A stretch of DNA of 64,000 nt, taken from the NCBI GenBank assembly GCA_000708835.1, contig DF237110.1, forward strand, positions 100,195-164,194, written 5' to 3'. The stretch's first letter is position 1, and the number at the start of each line of letters is the position of its first letter. The DNA comes from Klebsormidium nitens. Taxonomy: Eukaryota > Plantae > Klebsormidiophyceae. The notes below the pieces were generated by a model. It was not told where the DNA came from, ran no database searches, and was given only the letters and a program-made list of their open reading frames with translations. Positions 35,432-48,382 of this stretch are shown in pieces. The position numbers and the translations under genes are program-made.

Positions 35432-38400
35432 TTACAGAGCCCTTCTTATCAGTATGACTATGACGCGCGCTAGAACGTAGGCCGCGAACTTCCTCACGCT
35501 TTGAACCCTTTCGTACTCCATAGCGCCTTTTCTCAGGCCACAGAACCACTCGAAGGAACGGCAAACATTCCAGAGCCGCCCACGCCGCAAGTGGCCGAGC
35601 AGTCTCCCGCCTCACTCCAATTTCGTAGCAAAGCGGCTTCAGCTGCCGCTTCCAGTCGGGTGATGCCACGGATGCCCGGCATGTGGTTTCTGCACCAGAC
35701 AAGAAAACTGAAATGTGTTTTTGGGAGTTGCGGTGCATGATCGAAGGAAGCGTGCAAGGACGACCTAGGCGAGTTCGAGCAAAGGAACGGAACGGTTAAG
35801 GTGAAGAATCAGTGAACGTTTCACGGACAATTCATTTTGTGAAATCAGATATTTGTGTGTGGATCACTACACCGGTACCATGTTTTTGATCTTTAATCTG
35901 GGAGGCCCAGCCTGGGAGGCAGTATTCACCTTCTGAACGGCCGTTTCGTGCTCAGCTTTTGATGACTGAAAGCACCCTCAAGTGTTCCGTTGACGACATT
36001 GTGACGGCGAAAAGTTCCAGCCGAGACCGCTTGATCGAGATCATTAAGATGCAGATGACTAAAACGATGACGAAACGGCGCGCAGCAAGATAAGGGGACC
36101 GATAAATGCGGAAAGAAAAGAGATAAAGTTGGATCAGAGAAGAAGAGAGCTCAACGCCGATCTCTCACCTGTCTGCTCCCCAAAAGCACCGGTAGACCTC
36201 GACGCCCAGTTCCGCCGCACACAGCGCCAGCATCATCGTCAGCACCGGAAGCAAAACCGTCGGCAGGCCGTTCGCGGCCGCCCACGCGGCCGCGACCAGC
36301 AGCACGGCCCCCAAAACCTCGACGAGGTTTGGGCAGCGCCGGTACGCGAAGCGGGGGTGCAGAATTACCATCCGGCCGTCGCCACGTGCCCACCCCGAGA
36401 ACGGACTGTAGTCCCGAGCGCCGTTCCGCCACCAGGGATGGCGGGCGACTGCGCCCGGAACCGGAACCAGGGGCCACCGGAGCAGCCGGAGGCAGAAGTC
36501 GACGTCCTCGCCGCCACCTGGCGGGGGGGGCAGTGCAGAAAAGCGAATATGTATGGGGACTCGGTGCGTGAACAGCGAGGATCGCTAACATTTCAGCGAA
36601 GTCTGCGATGTTGTTCTTGGCAGGTTCGATCGAGGGATGGATCATTTCGATTGTTGGCGAAGAGCATTCCTGGAGGACGGCTTGCTCATCATTTTCGAGG
36701 TTGTTCTGCATTGACGCCTTGAGTAGCTTCATGGCACCAGCTTGGGTTCCAAAGGTCTGAGAATTTCTACCGTTCCGGAGACTAACACGCTCCCAAAACT
36801 CCTCGAATCTGGAAAGTTGCCACGAAATATAAACCCNNNNNNNNNNNNNNNNNNNNNNNNNNNNNNNNNNNNNNNNNNNNNNNNNNNNNNNNNNNNNNNN
36901 NNNNNNNNNNNNNNNNNNNNNNNNNNNNNNNNNNNNNNNNNNNNNNNNNNNNNNNNNNNNNNNNNNNNNNNNNNNNNNNNNNNNNNNNNNNNNNNNNNNN
37001 NNNNNNNNNNNNNNNNNNNNNNNNNNNNNNNNNNNNNNNNNNNNNNNNNNNNNNNNNNNNNNNNNNNNNNNNNNNNNNNNNNNNNNNNNNNNNNNNNNNN
37101 NNNNNNNNNNNNNNNNNNNNNNNNNNNNNNNNNNNNNNNNNNNNNNNNNNNNNNNNNNNNNNNNNNNNNNNNNNNNNNNNNNNNNNNNNNNNNNNNNNNN
37201 NNNNNNNNNNNNNNNNNNNNNNNNNNNNNNNNNNNNNNNNNNNNNNNNNNNNNNNNNNNNNNNNNNNNNNNNNNNNNNNNNNNNNNNNNNNNNNNNNNNN
37301 NNNNNNNNNNNNNNNNNNNNNNNNNNNNNNNNNNNNNNNNNNNNNNNNNNNNNNNNNNNNNNNNNNNNNNNNNNNNNNNNNNNNNNNNNNNNNNNNNNNN
37401 NNNNNNNNNNNNNNNNNNNNNNNNNNNNTGGAAAGTTGCCACGAAATATAAACCCGATCTTAAGCCACTAATCTCAAAGCGTCGCAACGCGGTTCAAAGC
37501 AGCGAAGCTCCATCTGACCTGTTTTCGGGAAGCCGTCTCCAAACCGCAGCGCCGACCGCCGGACCGCCAGATTTGCGGTCGTTCCCCAGGAGACGCGCTC
37601 CATCTTTCTGCTGACGTCATACCAGTACGTCAGATGAGAGATGCCGACCGCCCGGGTGAACCGGTTGACCGGTCGGGGCATTTCTACCATGCCCACGAAG
37701 CCGTCCGTTTCGTGTCCGCGCGCTCTGATGGCGTCCGCAAAGTGCTGGAGGAGGTCCGCGTCCGGGATGACGTCATCGTCGAGGAAGAGGACCCAGTCGG
37801 CTGACGATTCGGACAGGCCGTGGTTACGAGAAGTTGAGGCTCCTGCATAGTGAGATCGACGTGTTTTCACGCGAACTTCGACGTATGAAAGCGAGTGTGA
37901 GATTCAGCAAATACTTGATGGCCACGGTGCGAGTTTTGAGCACATTTGCCTTTTCAAATAGAGGTTCAAGGCTCCAAGCCCAGAATGTTTGTTACCACCT
38001 GCGATGAGAAGCGACATCCGTTCAACAGCAGAAATCGCTAAAAGATTGATGAACGTCAAACTCATTCACCACTAGAGACAGCTTTCCACGTAGAGCAACA
38101 AAGTTAAGGAGGAAAATGTAAAGCACTTACCACCACGAAGTGAAGCCGAAAGATTTGCACAGGATGAAAGTGCGCGGGAGGTTCGTTCCGCATACCTGCA
38201 TTGGTGTCGTTTACACGCACTCGCACCGATCCCAGCGGCCGAGCAGCGCTCTCCCACTCCTTGATGCGCTCGATCTGTTCCTTCTTGGCAGGATCATCGA
38301 TGATGAAGATGAAGGTCGTAGCCACGCCTTCCGGAATGCGCAAGCTGCGGATTCCATTCAGCAGGGACACATCGCAGCGGAACGTGGGCACCACGACGTC

Positions 38401-41290
38401 CAGTAACAGGAGATGCGCCGCTGAAGCTGCAGGTGAAGAGAGAAGATGACATAGGCTTGCAAGAAACAAATACAGCAAATATGAGGAATCCTTCGGAGCA
38501 AGTCGTGGAAAAATGACGGAATCGCAAACCTTGGACAAAGTAAAATGTACCTCGTATCTCAAAAGAAGCGCATAAGTGGACGAGATCACGTGGGTAACAA
38601 CAGACGTCGAGCTGACGGCCCGGAAGGATTTTAGAGGGTGACTACCGCCAGTCAGGGCATCATATTGGAGCAAAACATATGATCATTGTTTAAGTGTTTA
38701 CTAATGCAAATTTTTATACGACGACGATTCGAAAACGGTAATCAGAATGTAAAGACAAGAGTTTTAAAATCCAGTAGCTTCACCTCTGTCCCGAGCTTTC
38801 TATCCTCAAGAACTATTCGTCCCGCGATTCTAAATTTCTCGCTTTAAATAAAGGAGACAATTGCTCCTTTAAGAAGTCATTAATTGGTACTTACCTTTCT
38901 CTGATCCGCACTTCCGGTCCAAGTACCCATCCAGAAGTTTCACGCCCTCGTGGAGCTCCTTGTTCTTCCAATTGAGAACCGGGTGCCGAGCGTAGCGGGG
39001 CGCGCTCTGACCGCCGACCGCGTTCTCAAGTACGACGTCCTCCAGAATGCGCGCGCAGCGCCACCTCTTGTAGATTTCGAAGAGCCACGGGTCTCCGTCT
39101 TGGTTCGTGAAAGCGTCCGGAACGATATTAACACCACCGAACGCGTCCATGTGCGTCCTACGGTCCGAGAGTGGTCAGAGGATGAGAACTTGGTTCCATT
39201 TCGAGTTTGCGACTCGGCAAGCTGGACCGGACCGCGACAACCCAACTCGAGGATCAATTGATCAAGCGTTCTGCAGCAGATGACTGTCAACCTGCGTTGT
39301 CTTTCGTAAATTTGAAACCACGACAGCAACAAAGGCGGAGGGCGGGTGCGGAGGTCCTGAAACATCGAGGACCTTGTAGCTGAGTGCCAAAGGTGGATCC
39401 TAGCAGAACCTTCCTGTCTAAATAAGAAAAACCCGGCGAAAAAACAAACAAGAGTCAAGTGCAACGGTCTGGAAATCAGATATCTAGAGTTACAAATAAC
39501 TGGCGTTCAAAGCCTGCGCCCACCGACGGATAATGGAACAGGCTGGCAGATGTGACGGTCTCGCTCCTAATCAAGGCTTGAATCGTCCTGATAACACAAT
39601 ATTTCCCACCTGTGCATAATCGGGAAGGTCGGAAACCCGGGAAACGAGATGTCATTGAGTGCCACGCAGCCGAACCCGTAGACGCCCAACCTCTTTTCAA
39701 AATCGCCATAGGCCTCTTCCACATTCGACATCCAGCCAGCCGTGAGAATGTGGACGTCATCTCCGAGCAGCACGTAGTAGTCACAGCTGACGTCACGGTA
39801 CGCGAGCGCGGCGAGGTCGCGCCAGATGTCGCATATTTGGCCGGGTTCCCTGTGGAGAAATCAACTATGCGCAGCTGAGGTCGGGATGACGTCAGAAAAT
39901 TTCGGAACCGTGTACACACTGAGCTCGTCCGAGGCCTTGTATACTTTGTCCGACGCTGAACCGAACTTTCGTTAGTTACGGCGTTACTGCTACGGTCGCC
40001 CAGCATCTCAAGCTTTTGATGCACTAGCTTTGCAAATCCCTTTAAAGGGGACTTCCTTTGATACTTTGAAGATTGTAAGCCCTTACTGGATCAATCATTA
40101 CCTGCCTACGAGATTGTATGCAAGAACTTGCTACGCTTTCCCTCTTTCTCGGTTGTTGCGGATGTTCCTTCACACATTCAGATTTATTTGAAAAAGAGAG
40201 GCAACTTCGAAATTCGACTCATCCTTCGATGCTTCTGCCCACGAAGATTGATTCTGCTTGAGCAAGTGGCCGCTAGCATCTCAGAAAAGTGCCCAGGTCC
40301 TTTGAAACCGCTGATGGACAGTGAACGGTGGAAGCGCTTTGTCTGTTTTGTATACTCACCGGGTTTTGATGTGCGCGCGCACCCGTAGCCCATGCTCCTC
40401 ATATAGAAACATAATCTCGTTCAGGCTGTTTCCTTCTTCGTTTCCATCATATACAGGGTCTCCCTCGTCGATTCCAAGAAAGCAGATTACTCCAAAACCA
40501 GGGCCCGATCGCTCCAAGCTCCGTGCCAAGCATTCCATACGGGACACGCAGACGTCCCGCCCCCGACTGCCGAAAGGGCGGCTTGTTACTGGAACGAGAG
40601 CCGCGAGCGTCTTCATTGTCGTCGCAGCCATTTGCTAGGAGTGCATTCGGCGTCACTTCATTCCTTGCCAGATTCATCGACGGTAGGGAGCTTCTGATAG
40701 CGATCCAGGCCAGGAAAGCTGGACGCAAGAACCGCTGAAGAATCAAAGGAAGTACCGAGTGCGGGCCCTTTGAGGGCAGCGGGGTGTCTCAATCTGCTTT
40801 GGACTTGGCCAGTAGGAACCTACTGCCCCGCTTTTAAGTGCAAAGTGCCTCCTGTCTGCACGGTTTCACAGTTCCGGGAGCGTGTTCAGCAACGTCTTGA
40901 ACCTGAATGTTGACAGCCTGTGCCCTCCGCTTGTTTTGGTAATGTACTTTCGTCAAGCTAAAAAGACTGGTCAAAGTGAGCGAAGCGTGACTGCTACGCT
41001 GCGCAGCCGTTGTGAAAGCCATACGGATTGGTCCGCCACTCAACGTGTCAATTCGGAAGTGCATCATGCACTTGAGTTGCGGCATGGCCCCAAAATCCTG
41101 GTCGCCGGGTGGTACTTACCATTGATCGTGCCGGAGTAACGCGAGGATATAAGCTCATGCAACTCTCAAGACGAGCTTCGTCAAAATAATGCCGTATACG
41201 CGGGCTGATCGCGGTGTGCGTCTTCATTGTTCCGCCGTACCCAAAGCTCTGCATGCTAGGCGCACTCAGTGGACCCAGATACAGGCCCAT
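35432..41290 (-). CDS. Double GT-A (GT2-like) glycosyltransferase with C-terminal TM segments; fungal-type family; apparent 1-nt frameshift in the last exon
   Basis: Exons 41290-41120 (tentative), ~40637-40360, 39849-39610, 39157-38895, 38426-38196, 37842-37519, 36517-36167, 35689-35432. Motifs: LVPVTSR, GIDEGD, YVLLGDDV, GFGCVA..SFPGFPTFPIMHRTH, NQDGDPWLF, LDVVVPTFR, IIDDP, GASTSRNHG, FLDDDV, WGTTANL, FPKTG|GGEDVDFC, HPWW. Confidence 0.8.
36837..37428. other. Assembly gap (592 N)
   Basis: Run of N. Both flanks carry the identical 27-mer tggaaagttgccacgaaatataaaccc (36810-36836 and 37429-37455). Confidence 0.99.
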
Positions 41291-41970
41291 GCATTTCGTG
41301 CAGGTAAAACGTCGGACTTTGTTAACGCGAACAGTTGCGGGACGACCGCAGACATTTTCTTCTTACACCATCAGTAAGCCCCATACCGTACAGTGCACCA
41401 CACACATGTTTTTCGGATCGATGCAGTCGATAATTTGGCAGGCAAACCTAGCATTGCACGTGAGCCACAGTACGCCATGTCATGATCGCAAACTTGAATG
41501 TTACAGCCCAGTTGGGTAGCCTCCTAAGCCTTGATCTGGCGGCATAAACTTATGTGCCACTGTGCCCAGGCCCACATGCCCAGCAAATGTAGCAATAGAT
41601 GATGCATGCACTCCACAAACTCAAACGAAACGCGGACAACAAAGGCACATCGCAGAACGGACCACTGCCCGGGACCAAAACCAATAGCCGGTGCGTCCGC
41701 AGTCGACATACATTCTTTGGCAGACGGAATTCGCGTTGCTACGTCGGTCGTCTTCTTGCAATTCGAGTCAAAATTCCGTGTCCGGCAAATACTGCCAGAC
41801 TTGAGTCCGAGGCCGGCTTCAAGTTTTGCTTTCCCTTCCGAGACCCAGCCCCGACCTCAGGTTCGGTTTACATTCTCTTAAGTGACACTATTGTCTTTTC
41901 TTACTAACCGCTTCGACTCTGTGTCAGCATACCCTATCGCCTGCTCTTCCGCTTATACTAACACCGTCAA

Positions 41971-44900
41971 TTATAGCAGCCCTGGGGAGCTTCCCCGCAA
42001 GCACGCTGACGACGGCGTCAGGAACAGCTGCGTATTTGACAGAAAATGCCACCCGTCTTTGTGGTTTTCTGACGGAGTCCCATTTGTATACGTAAACTGC
42101 GGGGCAGGGAGGCCGCCTTCTAAATTATAATAGGGGACCGCATATGCGTATATTTGCTGCACTTCGATGACGTCTTCGCAGGGGTTGCCGAGCCAGACTG
42201 TGGAGCAGCAGCCCATATCGTATAAGATGGGGATGACCGCGTCTTGTACGTGGATCCCGGGGGCGAAGCGCCGCACCTGGGAAAAGAAGAGAACACGAAC
42301 ATCCGAATAAGACTCGGTCTGGGGAATTTGAGATTGCGTTAGCTTATGCGGGAAGCGGAAACGAGAACTTAGTAAGTATGCAGCTTCTCGTCACAACCGT
42401 GACTTCATCTTGCCTAGAGAATGTCAAAATCGAAGTGAGAAAATGTCTTGTCTCCTCGTTGCACAAGCCCAGAAAACTGACAGGCGAGGGCCGTCAGCAG
42501 GACCGAAGGCTTCAAATTGAGGGGGCTCCGACAAGATTGAGTCGCAGATAGGACCGCGAATCCGCTCTTGAGGTGGGGCAACGCTATTACTAGGCATTAG
42601 ATATGGACTTCTCACCGGAGAGGTCAACAGGTGGATGAAACAAAAGCCGTTTTTCCTTTGGACGACAGTATTACTGAAGGTCTCTCCCGCAAGACCTTGA
42701 AGCACAGTACCAAAACACTTGCGCAGGCTTTTGCCGCGCTCCCGCTCAACAAGGGATCCAAGCAACTCTCGGCATAGCCAAGCGTTCAGATTTTGAATCA
42801 CTCCATACCGCACGCTCTAAACTCATTACAGTCTCGCAAAAGACGGAGTGCCGGTTTGAGAACGTCTGTTTCATACGGCCTTCCCATCGGAATTCTAAAA
42901 ACATATGAGTGAACTTCCTCAACTTCAACCCACGTTAACTGCAAAAAAGCAAAAACATCTCACCTCGACCCCCATGCTTTCTAGTTTCTGCAGCTGCGGA
43001 CTAGTTTTGTTGTGCCAGAGCGCTAGTATTAGGGGCGCGTTGGCCGTATTCCACACCGGATGGTTCGTCACCTCGTCCGTCAGCCACGCCAGGCTGTCGT
43101 CAGCCCCCCACGACTTGCCGACCACCTGGAATGCGATGATGACGTCAGGCACTTAGGATTGACGCGGTCGATTGAGAGAACACGGAGACAATTAATGATC
43201 CAGACTTCGTCCCCATCAACTTGGCAGTCCGAGTACAACATGTACTGCTGGCCGGTGAGCCTACTGAGTAAGCGGAGGGCAACATCAAACTCAAATCTGG
43301 CGGCACTCGACCGTTTCGTAAGAAAGCTTAAAGAGCTCCGCTCGCTCTCAAGACGCTGCCGGTAGATCGTCTCGCTCTGCAAATACGCTTCAAGTTCAAA
43401 TCCAGACACCGACACTGTCAGCTCATTGAATACCCTATCCTAAGACCCCCCCAAAACACCCCCATCTCCAAACCTAAGATACCCAAAACCCTAGGTTGCC
43501 GATTCTCGACACTCACAATCAATCTGACAGTGCCCAACTCCAAAAAGTCCCTTGCGAGCACTTACCACTTGAACTGGCTGGTTGGTGCCCTCGATCTTCA
43601 CACTTTACTTACAAATCTTCACTACAGCCCTTAAATTCTATAATTGTTAGCTCTTAACCCTGGACACCTAGGCTCGCCAACAAAAAACTTCCTTGCGAGC
43701 ACTCACCACCCCGCACGGGCTGGTTGGTCCCCTCGATCATCCACTTCAAACCCTACAACCCCAAAATCTCTAAAGCCCTTATCCTAGAACTTTGAAGCCC
43801 TTCCGCCAAGAAACCAAGACTACGAACCCACAAAAGTCCCTCGCGCGCACTCACCACGCGCACGGGCTGGTTGGTCCCCTCGATCATGCACTGCAGGTCC
43901 CAGCCCGAGAGCGGCAGGCTCTTCCAGCTGACGATCGTCGCGTCGTAGTCCGCCAGGAACATGTGCAGGTGCTCTCGCGTCGCGCTGTCCACCATCTCCG
44001 CATGCGACCGCCCGTTCAGCGACAGCGCGTACCTGCGGGGTGAGGGGATGGCGTCAACGCTGACGTCAGCAGATATTGAGACTTCGTGAACATGTGCAGG
44101 TCCTTTTACACGCTATCCACCATCTCCGCGTGCGACCGCCCGTTTAGCAACAGCATAATGCGGGAAAAGGAGATGACGTCAGCGATGTTGAGACGTCGTA
44201 ATTATGCAGTGCTCTCGCGTTGCGCTGTCACCTCCTCAATGTGCGACCGCCCGTTCAGCGACAGCCCATACCTGCGGGGACGGGTCCAGTGCTGATATCA
44301 GCGCTGACGTCAGCCAACTTTACGAGTACGAGTGCCACCCCCATCGCCTCGGTTTGAGAGTCAACTCTGAAAGCGTTACTCGGCTCCAATGCGGAAGGAG
44401 GCGCGAGACTGGGAAAAAGGCGGGGAGCGAAGGCGACCCCAGGCGGAAAAGTTTTTCCGGAAGCATCTAAGCGAAGCAAACGCAAAGAGATGCGATTGCG
44501 TTGGATTAGACTGAACAGTTGGCGTCTTGCAAACCACGCAGACAATCCGACGCGTTTGTCGAGGCACGGATAAGTTCAGGGATGATTTCTCAACGACTCG
44601 TCGACACTCTTTCATTACGTCTGTCTCGGATCTTTGTGTCCTTGTCTAGTCAAAAGCAGCAGGCCTGAAACGACGGTCGCACCAGAGCATTCGGAATAGC
44701 ATTTTGTAGGTCCCGCCAAAGGAACGAATGTTGCTCGGCTTTCCCGCTGAATGATTAGCGCATCATACAGTCTGACCAAATATGGTTTAAGATTCCGTGT
44801 GAAGTCGATTTGAAAGCTGAGGATCGACTGACATACCTGAGCATCTGGTACGGCTTCTTGTACTTCGTCCTGTAGAAGAAGGGGATGTTGAGCTCCTTGC

Positions 44901-47900
44901 ATGCGTAGTTTTCCACTCCCACCAGCACTTCGATGCCTTCCTCTCGTAGCCGTTCGATGCCTTTACCCCCCACCAACGGGTTCTGGTCCACGCACCCCAC
45001 GACGACCTGGATTGAAAAGCATGTTCAATCAGTAATCCGTGTAACTTGTTTTTGCGTTGTCGTTCCCTTGCCTTTCCGTCCCCACCTCGTCCCCTGACTT
45101 TCGTTCTCCAATTGCTATATTTTGGCCGCAACCAGCGGGTTCTGGTCCACACACCCTACCACGACCTGGAACACGTAAAAGGTTACGTTGCTTTACAGTA
45201 GCTCACTCTCCGCCCAACGGGAAGATTTGGTTTTAGGGGTTTAGGGTGGGTACAAATCTGAAGCATGTATAAGTCCAAGTTCTAGGTTTGAACTCTGTGT
45301 AAGCCCGGCAAACGGATGCAACTCAACGTAGGCCTCATTCGATGGAAAATCAAACTTGTCGACCTGGATCGCAATATGCTTTCACTTACAAATCGTGCAA
45401 GTGATGCATGTTGTCGTTGTCCAGGCTTTTCAATCTCAATTCATTGCGTGACCTTCTCGCTTTCCTTCCGCTTCACCATGGAGTTCGTTTCTTCAAACTG
45501 CTACTTTCTTGACTCCTGGTACTCCGTACCTTATCTCACGCTTTTTTATTCGCAATCACTGTTCAAATTTCAAGCACCGAGGACGTGGATTGACCTGTCG
45601 TTCTCACGTCGCAGCGTTTACGCTGCCTTCTTTTGACTCTCGTCCCTGCTCGACTCAAATCAATTAGTTGAAGCAGCCAAAAGGCTCCTTTACACAGAGC
45701 CGTCGAAGTTGTGCGCCCCAAACGAACGGAGACACACAAACGGAAGCTGTTCCTATCGATACCTAAACCTAACGCTCACCTTTTTCACTTTGGCTCGTAT
45801 GAGCGCTTCCGTACATGGAGGCGTCCGGCCGTAGTGATTGCATGGCTCGAGGGTGACGTAAGCAGTGGCCCCCTGGGCTTCGGAGCGGGCGTCTGCCAGC
45901 GCAAAGACCTCCGCATGAGGCTCTCCCGCTTTTGGATGCCAGCCCTCACCCACCACCTGGAAAAGAAATTGTTCATCAATTCTCAAATCGGGTCGAGCTA
46001 TAAGTTTGTTCTCTTAGGCATTCTTGTCCCGGTTTTTAGAGACCTTGGTAATTACAACTTACATAGCTGTTTTTCTCTTCAGCCTCTCCATTGCTCGTCG
46101 TACCGACCGAGTTCACCCTTGCACCTTACTAAGATCGAAACAACTTCGACTCAGCACAGGATTCGCCAAACAGATGATATGCCGGGCCAAAATTGAGCAG
46201 TCAGATAAAGAAGACTAGGTGCTCTCAGGTTCTGCGACCTCAAGCGGTTCCACTTTGGGCCACTGTAAGAAGCTCCAAGGCGCAACACCATGATTAGCAT
46301 CAAACAAGCTTCCTCCAACTTTCAAACCGGTTTCCTCGATAGATTTCCAAGCAAACCTATTATCCCCCTGATTGTCCTTAATTTATTTTTCTCCAAACCA
46401 CGTAAGCTGTTCCTAATGGTTGTCCAGACAATTGCCTTCGTGTCTGACAAAATAAATATTGCGTTCACAATGGATAGCGCGAATGGAGCTGAAGCGCCAG
46501 CTCAGGTTCTCACCGTTCCGTTTTTTACTATAACGCACCCAACCATTGGGTTTGGGGACGTGTACCCACGGGCCATGACCGCCAGCCGTAACGCCCTCCG
46601 CATGTATCTTATGTCTGTGTCCTTAGTACCTGTATTTAGTGATCAGACGGGGAATTTAAGTAGTGGCAGTGGAACATCTGTGAACTAGACCCGGACCTTC
46701 GCCTTTCAATTCCAACAAACACACCCATCTGTCTGCGCGTCGATGTTAAAGATCAGAAGCTAGTCATTTGAGGAGGCGGGCTTGTCCCGCATCTCTCTGG
46801 CTGTGCGCTCAAAACGGTAGTGTGGAGAGCCAATATGCATTGCCATGCACGAAAGGACTTGACAAGGACTGACCCCCGGGGGGGGAACCGATAGCTTATG
46901 GCGACATGAAAATACTGTGCTCAGGAAGGCACTCTTGAAGACTGATGGGGTCTGCTTGCAAGATTTGATGCAGAATAGGAATCGCAGAAAATTTCAGGTG
47001 AAAACCTGCCTGCAATGCTTCATGACCATGGGCCAACGCTGACCTCACTCAAGTTTAAACATGACTTTAGCTAGGCTATGTGTGATGTTTCAAGGTTGAA
47101 AGAAAGAAGCAAGAAGGTATCTGTGATTCAGATATCTGAGGGCGTAGTGGTGGTGGTGGTAAATTCTTCAAAGCACAGGCAAAGAGTGACAGGTATAAGG
47201 ACCCAACTGACTGGAGCAGGACTTTTCAAGTAGAAATATTAGAGAACGAAACACGAGCCAGTGCAAGCACGAGCAAAGCACAGAAGGCTCGATTGGAATC
47301 TCTACAGAATTGCAAACCATAAGATGCTGGCAAACTCATGCTCACCAAATTTTGAGATAGTCGCATACCGCTTTTTTTCAAAAGTGGCTACTTTCTCTTT
47401 CTAATCCTCCCTGAACTTGACTCTTCGCAAACGTCATCTAGCGCTGACTGTGGCACTCCACCATTTGTCTTCTTTTCAAAACGCTACACAATTGATTGAT
47501 CGAACCAACATCGCCAAAGCAACAAACTAAACATCAGAAATGAAACAAAAGATTCATACCTGGGGGCTGTATGGCTCTCATCTCATCCGTGATTTCGTCC
47601 ATGTCTCGAGGAATCTCTGGCAGGCTATCTATCCCCGTCTGAATACCCCCATCGTCCACTTCTTTGGTCTCTTTCTTGTTTGCGTCAAACAGCTCGCTCG
47701 CATTTAGTCCATCAAAGTCAGTGCTTGCCCTTACCACCAGCCTCCGCCCTTTCTTTGCATATAATCTTTGTCTGGTTGCGGGTTGAGCTTTTTGACAGAG
47801 AAGGGGGTTATAGGAGGGATGAGAGTTAGAAGAAGTGGTTCTAGTGCCACAATTTCGAGCTGTTGGGAAGCAAGGGAATTTCTCTGAACTAGTCACGCCA

Positions 47901-47989
47901 CACGTCTGGTTGGCATTGCACCTTGTGAGCTTTGTTAGTGGTGATGAAAGGGAGGAGGAGCTCAATTGCTGAGACGCAAGTCTAGCCAT
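41971..47989 (-). CDS. PYRD: Plastid riboflavin biosynthesis pyrimidine deaminase PYRD (RibD deaminase + degenerate reductase-like domain) with transit peptide, 8 exons
   Basis: Exons 47989-47560, ~46628-46514, 45956-45780, 45006-44837, 44032-43855, 43376-43206, 43125-42964, 42276-41971. Ser-rich transit peptide followed by [66 protein letters not shown] and MGCCSTVW. Confidence 0.9.
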
Positions 47990-48382
47990 GGCTTCTCCGA
48001 CTTTCTGAGAGCCCCAAGTCACCCTCCCTTTGACAGAGTGTTCCTCTTGTCCTGTGGCCAGTGTTGGCTTTCAATGTTCATCAAAACTTCATAGCTGTGG
48101 AGTCAGCCTCAAAGCACAACGCAAGGCTGCAGTTTGGCCCGGGTGCCAACGCCAATGGCAATGGTTCCGCTCTAGTTACATCCAGCAGAAGTGTACCGGA
48201 CAGCTAGAACGTGTATAGAATGCGGCCCTTGCTGTCAAGAAGAATCGCACAAGAGTGTGCCAATTCTCTTTCAGGACCCTCGACACGACCTGTTTTGGCG
48301 GGAAGGATATGAATGCCTGACAGAAACTTGCGAATGCAATATGATTCTGAATGATGAAGGGCCTTTCTACTCTTTCTACCTT

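Noticed and set aside
36729-37614. ORFs spanning the N run
   Set aside because: Artefacts of translating N as X.
41290-41971. Possible PYRD-GT2 fusion or read-through
   Set aside because: PYRD ends in a clear TAA at 41971-3 after a RibD-like C-terminus, and I found no phase-compatible donor that bypasses it.
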